NCBI RefSeq assembly: GCF_018350175.1
Contig: NC_058368.1
Location: 62,250,001-62,314,000 of the forward strand
Reading direction: 5' to 3'
Source of the DNA: Felis catus
Taxonomy: Eukaryota
DNA: 64,000 nt
The notes below the pieces were generated by a model that was not told the origin of the DNA, made no database searches, and saw only the letters and a list, made by a program, of their open reading frames with translations. How positions within the stretch are numbered: position 1 is the first letter of the stretch; each line of letters opens with the position of its first letter. The translations under genes were made by a program, and so were the position numbers. Shown one piece after another: positions 1 to 12,404 of the stretch.

Positions 1-665
1 TTGTAAAATGACCCTTAATTTGGGTTTATCTGATGTTTTCTCATAATTAAATTAATGAGGTTATGTGATTTTGGCAAGAATACCACAGAAGTTATGTTCC
101 TTCTCAATGTATCCTGTCAGAGAATACATGATGCTGGCATTTTTTATTATTGGTGTCATTCACCTTGTTCAACTGGTGAAGATGACTTCTGTAAGACTTT
201 GTCACATTAAATGTATTCTTTTTTTCTTTTGTGATAAATAATCATCTTGAAGGGAGGTAATTTGAGACTATGTTATTATTCTATTTTTCCTCAAACTTTT
301 GCCCAATAATTTTACTGTACATTTATTTCCTCAATATAAACTCACAGAAGGGGTGCCTGGGTGACTCAGTCGGTTAAGCATCTGACTTCGGCTCAGTCAT
401 GATCTCGAGGTTCCTGAGATAGAGCCCCACGTCGGGCTCTGTGCTGACAGCTTGGAGCCTGGAGCCTGCTTTGGATTCTGTGTCTCCCTCTCTCTCTGCC
501 CCTCCCCGCTCATGCTCTGTCTCTCTCTCTTTGTCAAAAATAAATAAACACTAAAAAATAATTAAAAAAATAAACTCACAGATTTATTTCATTCTCTGAG
601 TTATAATTCAGTGTTATCATTATTTATTTTATTACTCAAATTGTCCCATTGTTGGCCCTTGGGAA
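1..665 (-). mobile_element. Old L1 (L1MC/L1MD-like) 3' region fragment, interrupted by a SINE
   Basis: Antisense old-L1 3'UTR motifs (tttggcaagaataccacagaag...; ctcaaattgtcccattgttggcc) continue on both sides of the SINE. Confidence 0.6.
350..569 (+). mobile_element. Can-SINE (SINEC_Fc-type)
   Basis: ggggtgcctgggtgactcagtcggttaagc head, (CT)n tract, AATAAA/A tail; 13-bp TSD ataaactcacaga at 336-348 and 570-582. Confidence 0.95.
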
Positions 666-837
666 TTATATATACACAGTAACAAATGACTAAATAAGTA
701 GTGTAGTCATATATTTGAATACTATCTATGAAAGTCAAGTTTTAAACTTTTTAATGTTTAATAACATTCAACATGTTTTATAACTAATAATATTTAATAT
801 GTATAAACCAACACTTTGAAATTCCCTAAACATTCAA

Positions 838-1025
838 TTTATTTATTTTTTATTTATTTTTAATATGAAATTTATTGTCAAATTGCTTTCCATACAACGC
901 CCAGTGCTCATCCCAACAGGTGCCCTCCTCAGTACCTCTCACCCACCCTCCCCTCCCACCCATCCCCCATTAACCCTCAGTTTGTTCTCAGTTTTTAAGA
1001 GTCTCCTATGTTTTGGCTCCCTCCC
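838..1025 (-). mobile_element. Felid L1 3' end, 5'-truncated
   Basis: T-rich tail then atgaaatttattgtcaaattg...cccagtgctcatccc; closely similar to the L1 3' end at 47983. Confidence 0.9.
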
Positions 1026-1070
1026 AAACAAACATTGTTTGTTTGGTTGGGTTTTTTTTTTTTTTTTTTG

Positions 1071-1163
1071 TTTAGTCACGGCAGACAACTCTTCATCTTG
1101 GGGTTGTAAATTCAAATCCCATATTGGGTGTAGAGATTGCTTAAAAATAAAATCTTTAAAAAA
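1071..1163 (+). mobile_element. Degenerate short Can-SINE (tRNA-derived head only)
   Basis: ctcttcatcttggggttgtaaattcaaatcccatattgggtgtagagattgcttaaaaataaaatc. Confidence 0.7.
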
Positions 1164-2091
1164 TCTTATTTTACATATATGGCAAATCTCAAAATGAAAA
1201 AGTAAATTGGGAAGAGTGTACAACTGCAGAATTATAAATACAAATAAGGACACCTGTTTGATCAGTTTCTGTAATAACTCCATCTCTTTTTTTTTCTATT
1301 TCTTTCTCCTCTCTTTTTTTTTCTTGCCTGCTTTATTTATTTTCTAATTATACGTATACATAAATGCATTGATTCCTGCTTACTCTCTAAAGCTTTTCAA
1401 AATGTGTTTAGCCTAAACTAGGTACTCTAACATTCTTTAAGTACTTTTGTCCTTAGTACATTATGTAAATGGTATTTTATTTTATTTTCAGTAGTAGCTG
1501 CTAATTATAATTGCATTTGTGAAGTTGGAAGTAAAAATAATTTATATAAAAATATTATTTAACACCTATACAACATTAAAATCATTAGTAATAAATAGTG
1601 TTACCCTAGATTACATTTACCAAAATGTGATCAAAGGACAAAAAGGTGTGAAAGTGATTTTACATATAAGATGCTTGAAAACTATCCTGGAATTTTTTTC
1701 TTGAGAAAATACAATATAAATAAGTTAATTAGTGATGTACTACTTGAAAACTATTCAGTGATGCAGCTTAAATAAACAGGTACACCTACCAAAAACACTG
1801 ACTATAAGAACACAGATTACTGCAACACATATTTCTTGACTGGCTTAGTATAATGTTTAAAGAGATCACACTTACATGTCAGGAGCCTTTATGATGCTCT
1901 TTGATCTCTAAGCTTCAGAGCTGAAAGGATTTGGAAGTCATTGTCAGCAATTGCAGAGAACTGCCATCTTATTTGATATCCCTTTGATATTTGGCCTCTT
2001 TTTAGTTCTATAGATTCAGAAGTCTTTTGGGGTCATCCATTAATATACAGTGGACATTTGTCTTCAAATGCAGATGAAAATATTTTCAAAT

Positions 2092-2250
2092 GTTTTTTTT
2101 TCTCCTTTCAAGATTTTATTTAAATTCTAATTAGTTAACATGCATGGTAAAATTCATTTCAGGTATAGAATTGAGTGATTCATCCTTTACATATAACACC
2201 CAGTGCTCATCACAGCGCCCTCCTTAACACTAATCACCCATTTAGCCCAT
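2092..2250 (-). mobile_element. Carnivore L1 3' end fragment
   Basis: tttatttaaattctaattagttaaca...gtgattcatc...acacccagtgctcatcac. Confidence 0.85.
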
Positions 2251-3169
2251 TAATATAGAATACTTTCTGTGCTCCCAGATTATCAGGAATCTAACATAAT
2301 TTAAACTAATTTGTCCTGCGTCTAGGGCTTTTAATCAACCTATAAGCAGCATAATAGTTTTCTGTCCTAGTTCTAGTTTTGTTACAATCCCAGGCAAAGG
2401 GATTGAACCTTATCATTTTTCACTGAGTAAATGGTATGATATTAAATAAAAATAACAACAATGTCATAATACAATATCAATGGCTAAGCAAATTTCCTCC
2501 TTTAATTTTATTTCTCTAATTCAATTACAATCGATAAAAACTACTGTACAAATCAAAAGCCAAAATGAAATAAAGATTTAAAGTGATCTATCAAAATCAT
2601 TATTAAAGTAATTATTGCTTTTGATATTCATTCAAAAGTGAGATGGAAAAGGAAATTAAATGAATGAAAGTTTATTTGAATAGTGTTTTTTATTAGTTTT
2701 ATTTTTTGAAAGATATGTTTTCTCTAACATATAATCAAACCTATTTTAGGATTTCTAAGTAAAAGAGTATTTACCAGAGATTGAACTAGAGTTAGCCTTG
2801 CTAAGCATTAAAACTTAAAATTTGTAAAGTTGGAGAATAGAATTTACATCTCTTCTCTTACTGAATTAGAATGTCAGGAAAGATGACAACATTCTATGCA
2901 TTCATTACAACAAGAAAGAGACAACTGCCATCAGAAATATTATTTGCGTAAAATTCATGTCTAAATTGTCTTCTATGCTCTTTTCAAAAATTAAATGTAC
3001 AACTGCACACCAATCTCTTTTTCACTGTCTGATTGTCTTTATACATTGTCCATATAAATTTTACAATTAACCATCTGAATAACCTTAACCTTAACCATCT
3101 GAATATTTTCACTATTCTCATTGCCAACCAGATCATAAAAGCCTTATACATTATAAATGAACTGCACTA

Positions 3170-3575
3170 AAAATATTTACATTGTAAAATATGCATACTT
3201 ATACATGTATGTATATAAATGCTATGAAGCATAATAATCAAATGAAGACATGAAACCACCAGTCATGAAACCATGGCTCAGCCTAAAAATTATATCATCA
3301 AAACCCTGGTATTTAATTATGGGGTGTACTTCATTTAGTCCTTTCTCCTGACTCAGGAGGAAGCCACGATATTGAATTTTGTTTTGTCATTACCTTCTTT
3401 TATATTATATACATTTATCACCCATGCATGCATCCTCACACAATATAATGTTTAGCTTCGGTTGTTCTAAACTTTGTATAAGCTTTTTAATATTCACGCA
3501 AATTGTTTTTTCGTGCAACATTAAACATGGTAGATGTGCCTATACTGTAGTGTTTCATTATAGTTCATTCTTTCT
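3170..3575 (-). mobile_element. Ancient L1 (L1ME-like) 3' fragment
   Basis: Degenerate antisense L1M 3'UTR motifs (ttgaattttgttttgtcattacc; aactttgtataa). Confidence 0.5.
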
Positions 3576-4028
3576 TGACTTGAGTATTCTAAGCTAATCA
3601 TAGTTACCTCATTTTTTTAGTCCTACATTCTCTCATGATATGACCACTATTAGTATGGATCCACTTTTCCTCCACTAGAACTTCTTAATCATAGTGTGAG
3701 TACTTCAGCTTTCAGAATCAAACACAATTAAATCCATAACCTTTTGAAATTTGTTTGATCATGGGTGGCATAACAATGCTTTACCTGAAATGTCTAAAAT
3801 TAACTTTGGTAGTCATTGATATTTAAATTTTTTTATTCCTAAAATCTTCACTTGTTTTCCCCTTGGGTTCTACTGGAATCTAAGAGGTCAGGGTTAGTAA
3901 ACAAGTATTTATTTTCCTTCTCTTAGCCATAGAGCTCATTTGGGGGGGGGGGGGCGGGCAGAAACAAACCAATAAAGTAATTTCAATATTGCACTCCCTA
4001 ACTTCTCAGGGATAGAAAATTAAATCTG

Positions 4029-4200
4029 TAGCACTTGTGGTCGTGAGCACTGTGTGTTGTATGTAAGTGATGAATCATGGGAATCTACTCCTGAAGCCAA
4101 GAGCACAATGTGTATTAACTTGTGTTAACTAACTTGACAATAAATTTATTAAAAATAATAATAATAAATAAATATGTAAATAATTCCTTACAAAAAAAGA
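4029..4200 (+). mobile_element. Short 5'-truncated carnivore L1 with TSD
   Basis: gcacttgt...gagcactg...gatgaatca...AATAAA and A-rich tail; perfect 15-bp TSD agaaaattaaatctg at 4014-4028 and 4201-4215. Confidence 0.92.
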
Positions 4201-4611
4201 AGAAAATTAAATCTGATCAGATTCTCTCATTTTAGCTAAATGATACTTCCCACAGCTATCTTTCTTTGGTATTAATGCCTAGTGACAAGTACTACTCCAT
4301 GGTTTTCAGATTCTGTCAAAAAACCAAAATCAATCAATTCTTCTACCTAGCTGGGAGTGCAGCAAAATACCCATATAGCATACAGTTTTTATTTCAACCT
4401 CTTTTGTCTTCATGACTACTTTAAAATGTTTCTAGAGAATGAATAGGAATTAACCTTCTTGAGTACTGATTGAACATGAAGAAAACTGATCTGAAGTAGA
4501 TTGAATTGAGGAAAAACACTTTAAAAGGCTATTTTAAGATAAAAATGTAAATTTTGAAGAGATCTGACTGGTTACATTATAGGTGAATGAATGTTATTTC
4601 TATTCACACAG

Positions 4612-4635
4612 GCATCGCTGATGTTTCTCAAACAG
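4612..4635 (+). other. Candidate 24-nt microexon
   Basis: ttatttctattcacacag|GCATCGCTGATGTTTCTCAAACAG|gtgaga; length is a multiple of 3. Confidence 0.2.
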
Positions 4636-4882
4636 GTGAGAAAAGAGTGAGGTACTTCTCAGCTCTTCTAGATTCTGCCAGTTTGGAGTTGAACTGGAGA
4701 GTTTTCAAGTAGTTTTTTTTTTTTTTTTAATTATTACTTCTTTTTCTCTAAAAGGTGATACTTGTTATCTGTCATTATTGGAATGGAAAACCTTTCCTGA
4801 AATGTAAATTTGATTTTATCTTATTATAAAATCATTGAAAAAAATTAAGTAATATAAATTCCCATAAACATTGGAGTAACAT

Positions 4883-5103
4883 TTATTTATTTTTTTTTTC
4901 CAACGTTTATTTATTTTTGGGACAGAGAGAGACAGAGCATGAACGGGGGAGGGGCAGAGAGAGAGGGAGACACAGAATCAGAAACAGGCTCCAGGCTCTG
5001 AGCCATCAGCCCAGAGCCTGACGCGGGGCTCGAACTCACGGACCGCGAGATCGTGACCTGGCTGAAGTCGGACGCTTAACCGACTGCGCCACCCAGGCGC
5101 CCC
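4883..5103 (-). mobile_element. Young SINEC_Fc
   Basis: Full length, CpGs largely intact; TSD tggagtaacat at 4872-4882 and 5104-5114. Confidence 0.97.
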
Positions 5104-5169
5104 TGGAGTAACATATTTAAATCTAAGCTTGTTACTCATAATATCTTTTCTTAGGAAGGAAAAAAGAAA

Positions 5170-5262
5170 GGGAGTACCTATCTGGCTCAGTCAGTACAGC
5201 ATGTGACTTTTGATCTCAGGGTAATGAGTTCAGGCCCCATGTTGGGTTAGAGATTACTTAAA
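5170..5262 (+). mobile_element. Short Can-SINE, tail interrupted by a second SINE
   Basis: gtacctatctggctcagtcagtacagcatgtgacttttgatctcagg...agagattacttaaa. Confidence 0.8.
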
Positions 5263-5263
5263 C

Positions 5264-5337
5264 TTTATTTATTTTTAAATGTTCATTTATTTATTTTGAA
5301 AGAGAGAGCAAGAGAGAGTACACATGCACAGTGGAAG

Positions 5338-5380
<43 letters not shown>

Positions 5381-5508
5381 AAGCAGGCTCCATGCTATCA
5401 GTGCACAGCCTGACATGGGGCTCAATATTATGAACTGTAAAATAATGACCTGAGCTGAAATTAAGAACCGAAATCTGATGCTTAACCCACTGAGCCATGA
5501 GGCACTCC
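5264..5508 (-). mobile_element. Can-SINE (older)
   Basis: T tail, (GA)n, aagcaggctcc, ends ctgagccatgaggcactcc. Confidence 0.92.
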
Positions 5509-7701
5509 TGAAAAAATTTTTTTAAGAAAAAAAGGATTGTTTGAACAACATTATATAAATAGAAATTTGAAATAATCATTTTCTAATTAATATTTATAAA
5601 CATGGCAAACATTGTGTATTTATAAATAATTAAAACATCTTTTTATGATTCCCTATTTTTTGTATAAGCTTTCTCTGCTTTTCAAATGGAAGATACTACT
5701 GCAAAGCTTGACTAATTCTATGAGGCAATGCAGATGGCAAGATATGATCACTTGATTATTAGCATCACTCTTTTAATGACATCTGACAGGAGCAAATGCA
5801 AACAAAGCATTAATGTTGATATGGAAAGGCATCAGCTATTTTCTACTATTACCAGGGAATAATTAGTTGAGCTACATTTTAAAATAAGAGGTCAGTGAAA
5901 TGTGGCTTCCCTGAAAACAGTGCAACAATAACGAAACAGCCTACTTAAATTGTTATTTTAATTCCATCATAAACGGTTTTAATTGTAATTTTATGTAGGT
6001 ATAACCACTTAATTTGTTGAGTGTTTAAGAAGTTTTAAGAGATATAAAAATTCCCTGAGATTCCTTTATAATTGCATATATTAAATATAACGTGTATAAT
6101 ATAAATAATCCTTAGCTATTTTTTTGTCCTTGAAATATAATGTTCATATTTTCTGGGATTTTTATCATGGTACATTTTAATATTATCATATAATTTCATT
6201 CAACATATAGAAGAAGATATTTAATATCATGGAACTGACTCAAGTTACTAAAATTTAAGGGTCATTTACTTATTAAATACAAGGTCACAATATAATTGTG
6301 TCCTCTTAGTTTATGACATATCCCATCACCTTTTCTCGGTGAAGATTGATCTCTATCCTCTGCCTGCCATCTAAATTGTCAGATATATAGTTTTATTAGG
6401 ATTGACCTGTCAACCATGAGATGTTGTCAGACACAACCCTGGAAAATAGAAATAGTTTATATTTTTCCAGAGTTTCAAAATGTGCTCAGGCAAATCTCTA
6501 ATATGTATGCCCCATTATAAGTGATTCCTCAATCAACATTCATTTTAGTTCAAGGCCAAGACCCTTAAATTAAAATGAATACTTGTGACACATCATATTT
6601 GGCAGGTGAGTAGTAGATCTGTGGCTATATATGAAAAGACTTCCTCTGGAATATAAGATGCCATATATCACTTAAATAACTCATTTTATGTGATAAAACT
6701 ACCATTGTGAGAATAATTACTCCCACAGGGTAGGATGTATCTTTCTATTTTCTCCTATTAGAAGTTGTTTGGACCTTGTAGAAATTACTTCGTATCTGAT
6801 GGAAAATCTAGTAGTTATATTTCTAGGCTTAAAGTGCACTGCTTTACTGATAAGCTAATTAGTTACTATATATTGTTACCACATGCAAATAGCAATGTTA
6901 GCCATCATGATACAAAAATAATTAAAGTGACAAATACAGCAGAATCCCTGATTATGGAATTCATAATTTAATGAATATGTATATCCCCAATGCCTCTTAA
7001 ATCTAGCTGGCAAGAACTGATCTTCAAAATATCTTTCCCATGTAACAACCAGCATCAGAAAAGAGCATAAATGTGTTTTTCAAAGGCTAAAACTGAATTC
7101 TATTACCTTATCTTATATCTTATTATATTTTCTAATTCCTTTCTGATATCTTTAGCATCCAATTATTTTACTTAGTCAACTGTGCACAAAATCACATGCA
7201 TTTGACCTAGTGCAGTGTCTCTTCCCTTGCTTTCATTTTTACTAAGAAGCCAGATTGGTGTCAGGTCCCCACTTGTCTATAATGCTCAAGCAATCATCAC
7301 CCCAGTCCTGATCCCAATTCAACTTCCTGGTTGGCATTCTGGACGGGATCATCCTAACCAAGCAAAAGAGAATAGTATTTTTAGGATCCATTTTTTAAAA
7401 TTATTCTTTCCTAATGCTTTACATTACTTTTTGTGAACCCTGCAAGAAATATAAAATATTTTGTTCTTATAGGGATGTGTAACTAAAAGCTTTTTTCACC
7501 CCACATTTACCAGTCCCTTTTCTTTTCTTTCTTTTATCCTTTAATCTACTTTATTTAAAATGTGTAAAAAGAATCTCTGACTGAACTATGCAATCTGTGT
7601 CCATATATTGGCTAGAGGTCCTGTTTCAGGGTAGATCTGGGAGTCTGCAAAGAGGTCAAAGTCAAGCTATTCCGGTAGTTGTTTAAAAACACACATGGCT
7701 G

Positions 7702-7925
7702 GGGGCGCCTGGGTGGCGCAGTCGGTTAAGCGTCCGACTTCAGCCAGGTCACGATCTCGCGGTCCGTGAGTTCGAGGCCCGCGTCGGGCTCTGGGCTGAT
7801 GGCTCGGAGCCTGGAGCCTGTTTCCGATTCTGAGTCTCCCTCTCTCTCTGCCCCTCCCCCGTTCATGCTCTGTCTCTCTCTGTCCCAAAAATAAATAAAA
7901 AACATTGAAAAAAAAATTAAAAAAG
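7702..7925 (+). mobile_element. Young SINEC_Fc
   Basis: ggggcgcctgggtggcgcagtcggttaagcgtccgac; TSD acacatggctg at 7691-7701 and 7926-7936. Confidence 0.97.
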
Positions 7926-8019
7926 ACACATGGCTGAGCAACTAGAGTTCATTGTGCCTTTATTGTCTAAAATAATTATGGCCAATTTGAAGAAATGTGG
8001 GATGGAGTAATTATGATGT

Positions 8020-8592
8020 GGCCTCTGCCTATTATCCTGGCTTCTTATCTTGCTGCTTTTTACCATCTTCCACTTATCCTTACACATATACTTGGATTAT
8101 CAGATTGTTAACACTTTCTCTAAGGCATTATGGGGTTTCATGTTCTCTGTATATACATTTATTTTTGCCACTTAATGAGGAACCCTTGTTACTCCTTTCA
8201 GCTCAAGGACCTTTCATGTAGGCTGTAATCTGAGCTCAGATATTATGTTTTCTATAAAGCTTTGCTGTTACAGTTTCCACTTTAATACACTCTTTTTATA
8301 TTTTGCCTATGCTTCTAGTTTTATATATATATATATAATGAATTAATAAAAAATTGAATACATTTGTTTACATTATATAAAAATGTAAATAAATAAATAT
8401 ATATATGTATATCCATATCTATAAAATGGTTTAATTTATTTCTTTATATGGCTATCCTCCTCCTACTTTTGAGCTCCTTGTATTCTAGTCAACAATCTAT
8501 CTTCTATTAACAGATGTTGTTGTACCCAAGATGCTCAGTAAATACTAATCAGTCACCAGCAAGTGATGGACTAAATGAGTAAATGGAATGAT
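8020..8592 (+). mobile_element. L2 3' fragment
   Basis: Degenerate L2 motifs (ctcagatatt...; gatgctcagtaaata...; terminal tgaatg-like repeats). Confidence 0.45.
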
Positions 8593-10490
8593 AGTTCCCA
8601 TTGGTAGGCAGACTCAAAGACAATAATGTTGGTTTAAAAATATTCCTTTCCAAATGGAATACTGTCTACATGATACTCTCTTGCCCCTTAATTATGAATT
8701 TAATGCATATACATTTATTAAACATGGGATATATTACAAATAATTTTATAAAATATGTATACTTAAAAAATATTCAGAGACTACAGACAGCAGACTTGGC
8801 TCCTCTCTGGCTGGGAACAATCTCTACTTATGTTGGGTAGCAAGCCATAGTGGAAGCTGCTACATGTAAATGTCACCAGTATAAGTGGTGCTTAGGTGAC
8901 CACAGCATTTGAAAGACTGAACATTTACTAAGCTTCGTTATCATTTAGAGCCTTCAAAATAAAAGTACTGGTTTTAGGGGATCCAAACTTTAATTCATAC
9001 TAAAGCATCATGACTATATGATTCCCCACAAAATGTTAATTCAAGTCTGGGTCACTAGACAAACTTTCAGATCCTTTAAGATCCATGCAGATCAGTTAAG
9101 TGTATGAAGGTATTGGTGCATGAAATATGCTTAACAGTTCTGTTAAAAGGGAGTATATGTCCTTCTTAAAGACACTGATATTAAGAAACAAATAAATACA
9201 TCCTCCAAATGTCTAAAACAAGACGATTATGCATTGACCAAATCAAATCAAACTTCAGACTAAAGCAAAATAAGATGAGGATAGGGTGCCACGGTGTTCA
9301 CTGTTCGATCAAAAGCAAAGAATTCTTATCCATAACTTCACTTACTAACTTGTACTATTTGATTATCCTTCAGAATCCTTGTTTGGCACAATCATGTCAC
9401 TCCATGGTTATCATTTCCCTAAGTGTTTTTTTTTTTAACTTTTAAAAAAAAGTTTTATGGAGGTATAATTGATATACAAAAAAACTGCTCATATTTAATG
9501 TATACAATTTGATGAGTTAGGATATATGCACACATTGTGAAACTATAACTATAATCAAGTTAATAAACATATATACACATCATTCTCAAATTTTTCCCTG
9601 TGTCCCTTTGTTCTTTGAATTTTTAAATTTCATTTATTTCATTTTGTTTTGTTTTTACTTGTAACAACACCACCTAACATGAGATCTACCCTTTTGACAA
9701 ATGTTTAAGAGCACAGTATAGTATTGTTAACTGTAGGCATATGTTTATACAATAGATCTCTAGAACTTATTCATATTACATGACTGAAATTATACACATT
9801 GAAAAACAACTCCTCATTCTCTTCGTCCTCTGCCCCTGGAAACCATCCTGTACAATTTCTGTAAGTTTGACTACTTTATATATGTAAGTAGAACCATGCA
9901 GGAAAAGTCCTTCTGTGAGTGACTTTATTTTGCTTAGCATAATGTGCCCTGAGTTCATCTCCGCTGTCACAAACAGCAGTTATTTACTTCTTTTTTCTTT
10001 TTTGGCTTAATAATATACCATTGTAGGAATATACCACATTTCCAATCCTTTCTTCCATCAATGAAAACAGGATTTTTACATAGGTTGGCTTTTGTGAATG
10101 TTGTTGCAATGAACATGGAACTGCACATATCTTCTCCAAGATCCTGATTTCAATTCATTTGGATAAATACCCAGAAGTGGAATTGTTGGGTTATATGATA
10201 GTTCTATTTTTAATATTTTGAAGCACATCCTTTCCACTGTGTTTCCACAGCAGCTGCACTATTTTACATACTCAACCATAGGGCACAAGGTTCCAATTTC
10301 TCCAGATCCTCACCAACGTTTGTTACCTTTTTTCTTTTTTTTAATAATAGCCATCTTAACAGATGTTATGTGATAACTCATAGCTTTGCTTTACCTTTCC
10401 CCTGACAATTAATGATAATGAACACTTTCTATCTACATCTTGGCCAATTTTACATTTTCTTTGGGGAAATATCTCTTCAGGATGTTTGTC

Positions 10491-10703
10491 TATTTTTTTA
10501 AGTGTTTATTTATCCCTAAGACAATGTGAGAGACAGAGTGCAAGCAGCAGAGAGACAGACAGAGGGAGACACAGAATCTGAAGCAGGCTTCAGGCCCTGA
10601 GATGTCAGCCCAGAGCCCAACACGGGGCTCGAACCCTTGAACCGTGAGATCATGACCAGAGCCAAAGTCGGACACTTAACCAACTGAGCCACCCAGGCAC
10701 CCC
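10491..10703 (-). mobile_element. Can-SINE inserted in L1
   Basis: Standard SINE body; degenerate TSD tttg(t/c)ctattttt. Confidence 0.95.
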
Positions 10704-10784
10704 TGCATTTGCCTATTTTTTTTAATCAGGTTATTTGAGTTTTTGCTTTTGCGTTGCAGGAATTTCTTATATATTTTGGATATT

Positions 10785-10992
10785 TTTTTAATGTTTATTT
10801 ATTTTTGAGACAGAGAGAGACAGAGCATGAACGGGGGAGGAGCAGAGAGAGAGGGAGACACAGAATCCGAAGCAGGCTCCAGGCTCTGAGCTGTCAGCAC
10901 AGAGCCCGACGGGGGGCTCGAACTCACGGACCATGAGATCGTGACATGAGCTGAAGTCGGACGCTTAACCGACTGAGCCACCCAGGTGCCCC
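10785..10992 (-). mobile_element. SINEC_Fc inserted in L1
   Basis: Perfect 15-bp TSD tatattttggatatt at 10770-10784 and 10993-11007. Confidence 0.97.
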
Positions 10993-11085
10993 TATATTTT
11001 GGATATTAACGCCTTTTCAGATACATGGTTTTCAAATATTTTCTCCTATTTTGTAGGTTGTCTTTTATTCCACTGATTGTTTCTT

Positions 11086-12404
11086 AAAATCACATAATTA
11101 TCTCAAAAGATACAGAAAAGCATTTGACAGAATTCAACACACTTTTATGATAAAGACACTCAACAAATAGCGTATTAAAGGAATGTACCTCAAGTAATAA
11201 AAGGCCTATGTAACAAACCTACAGCTAACATCATACTCAATGAAGAAAACTGAAAGCTTTTCTCTAACATCAGGAACAATACAAGGGTGCCCACTCTTGC
11301 CATTTCTATTCAACATGGTACTGAAGGTTCTAGCCAGAGAAATTAAGGAAGAAAAAGAAATAAAAAGCATCCAAATCAGACAGAGAGATGTAAAACTAAG
11401 TCTACTGCAGATGGCATAATCTCTTATACGTAGTAATCCTTAAAGACTCTCAAAAAAAAAATCTGTTAGAACTAATATTCAGTGAAGTTGCAGGATATAA
11501 AATCAACATACAAAATCAGTTTCATTTCTATATACCAACAATAAATTACTCAAAAAGAAATTATGAAAACAATACCATTTAAAAGAGCATCAAAAATAAT
11601 GAAATATGTACAAGTAAACTTAACCATATAGGTAAACATTTGTACCCTGAACACAATAAAACACTGCTGAAAGTAAGGAAAGAAGACACATATCATTGGG
11701 AAGACAACCCATGCTCATGAATCAGAAAACTCAATATTATTAAAATGCTCCTACTACCAAAAGTAATCTACAAATTCAGCATTATCCTCATTAAAATCCT
11801 GATGGCCTTTTGTAGGGAAAGATTGGGGAAAATCTTAGTATTTATACAGAATCACAAAAGACACAAAATTGGCAAAGTGATCTTGAGAAAGAAGAATAAT
11901 GCTACAGATAAGACTCTTCTTGATTTAAAAATGTATTATAAAGCTATAGTAATTAAAACAGTATGGCACTGGCATAAAGACACACATGGACAAATTGAGC
12001 AGAATAGAGGGCCCAGAAATAAACTTAGGCATATATGCCTAATAATAATAATTTAATAAACATAAAGAATGTATGGTCAACTGATCTTTAGTAAGGATGC
12101 CAAGAATATACAATATCAAAAGTAGAGTCTTTTCAACAAATGATGTTAGGAAAATTGAATATCCATGTGAAAAAAATGAAATTGGATCCCTGTATTATAC
12201 TATGTGTAAAAATCAATTCAAGACAGATTAAAAACTCACACGTAAGATAGGAAAATGTAAACCACTAGAACAAAACAGACCAGAAAAGTTTCTTGACATT
12301 AACTTTGCCAATGATTTCTTGGGTATGACATAGAAAGCACAGATACCAAAGAAAAAATAGACAAGTGGGACCACATCAGTTGAAAAGCTTCTGCACAGCG
12401 AAAA
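11086..12404 (+). pseudogene. Decayed L1 ORF2 reverse-transcriptase region; inverted arm of the same L1
   Basis: Remnants of NHMIISIDAEKAFDKIQH, GTRQGCPL, ADDMI-type motifs and YYKAIVIKTVWHWHK (ORF 11745-12056); many stops and frameshifts. Confidence 0.92.

Larger units (their letters stand above)
9426..11085 (-). mobile_element. Old L1 (L1MA/L1MB-like) 3'UTR plus ORF2 C-terminal part; non-inverted arm
   Basis: Poly-T tail, gaggtataattgatataca 3' end, tacccagaagtggaattgttggg, tttgtaggttgtcttt ORF2 antisense motifs; contains two SINEs. Confidence 0.9.

Noticed and set aside
350..430. tRNA-like A/B boxes in SINE heads
   Set aside because: tRNA-derived SINE promoters, not tRNA genes
3942..3959. 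Poly-G run (and poly-C at 29271-29285) as G-quadruplex elements
   Set aside because: Simple homopolymers with no functional context
7667..7941. ORFs such as MGQRETEHERGRGRERG... (also 10754, 10799, 30612, 30782, 41298, 53658)
   Set aside because: They are recurrent chance translations of Can-SINE sequence, not genes
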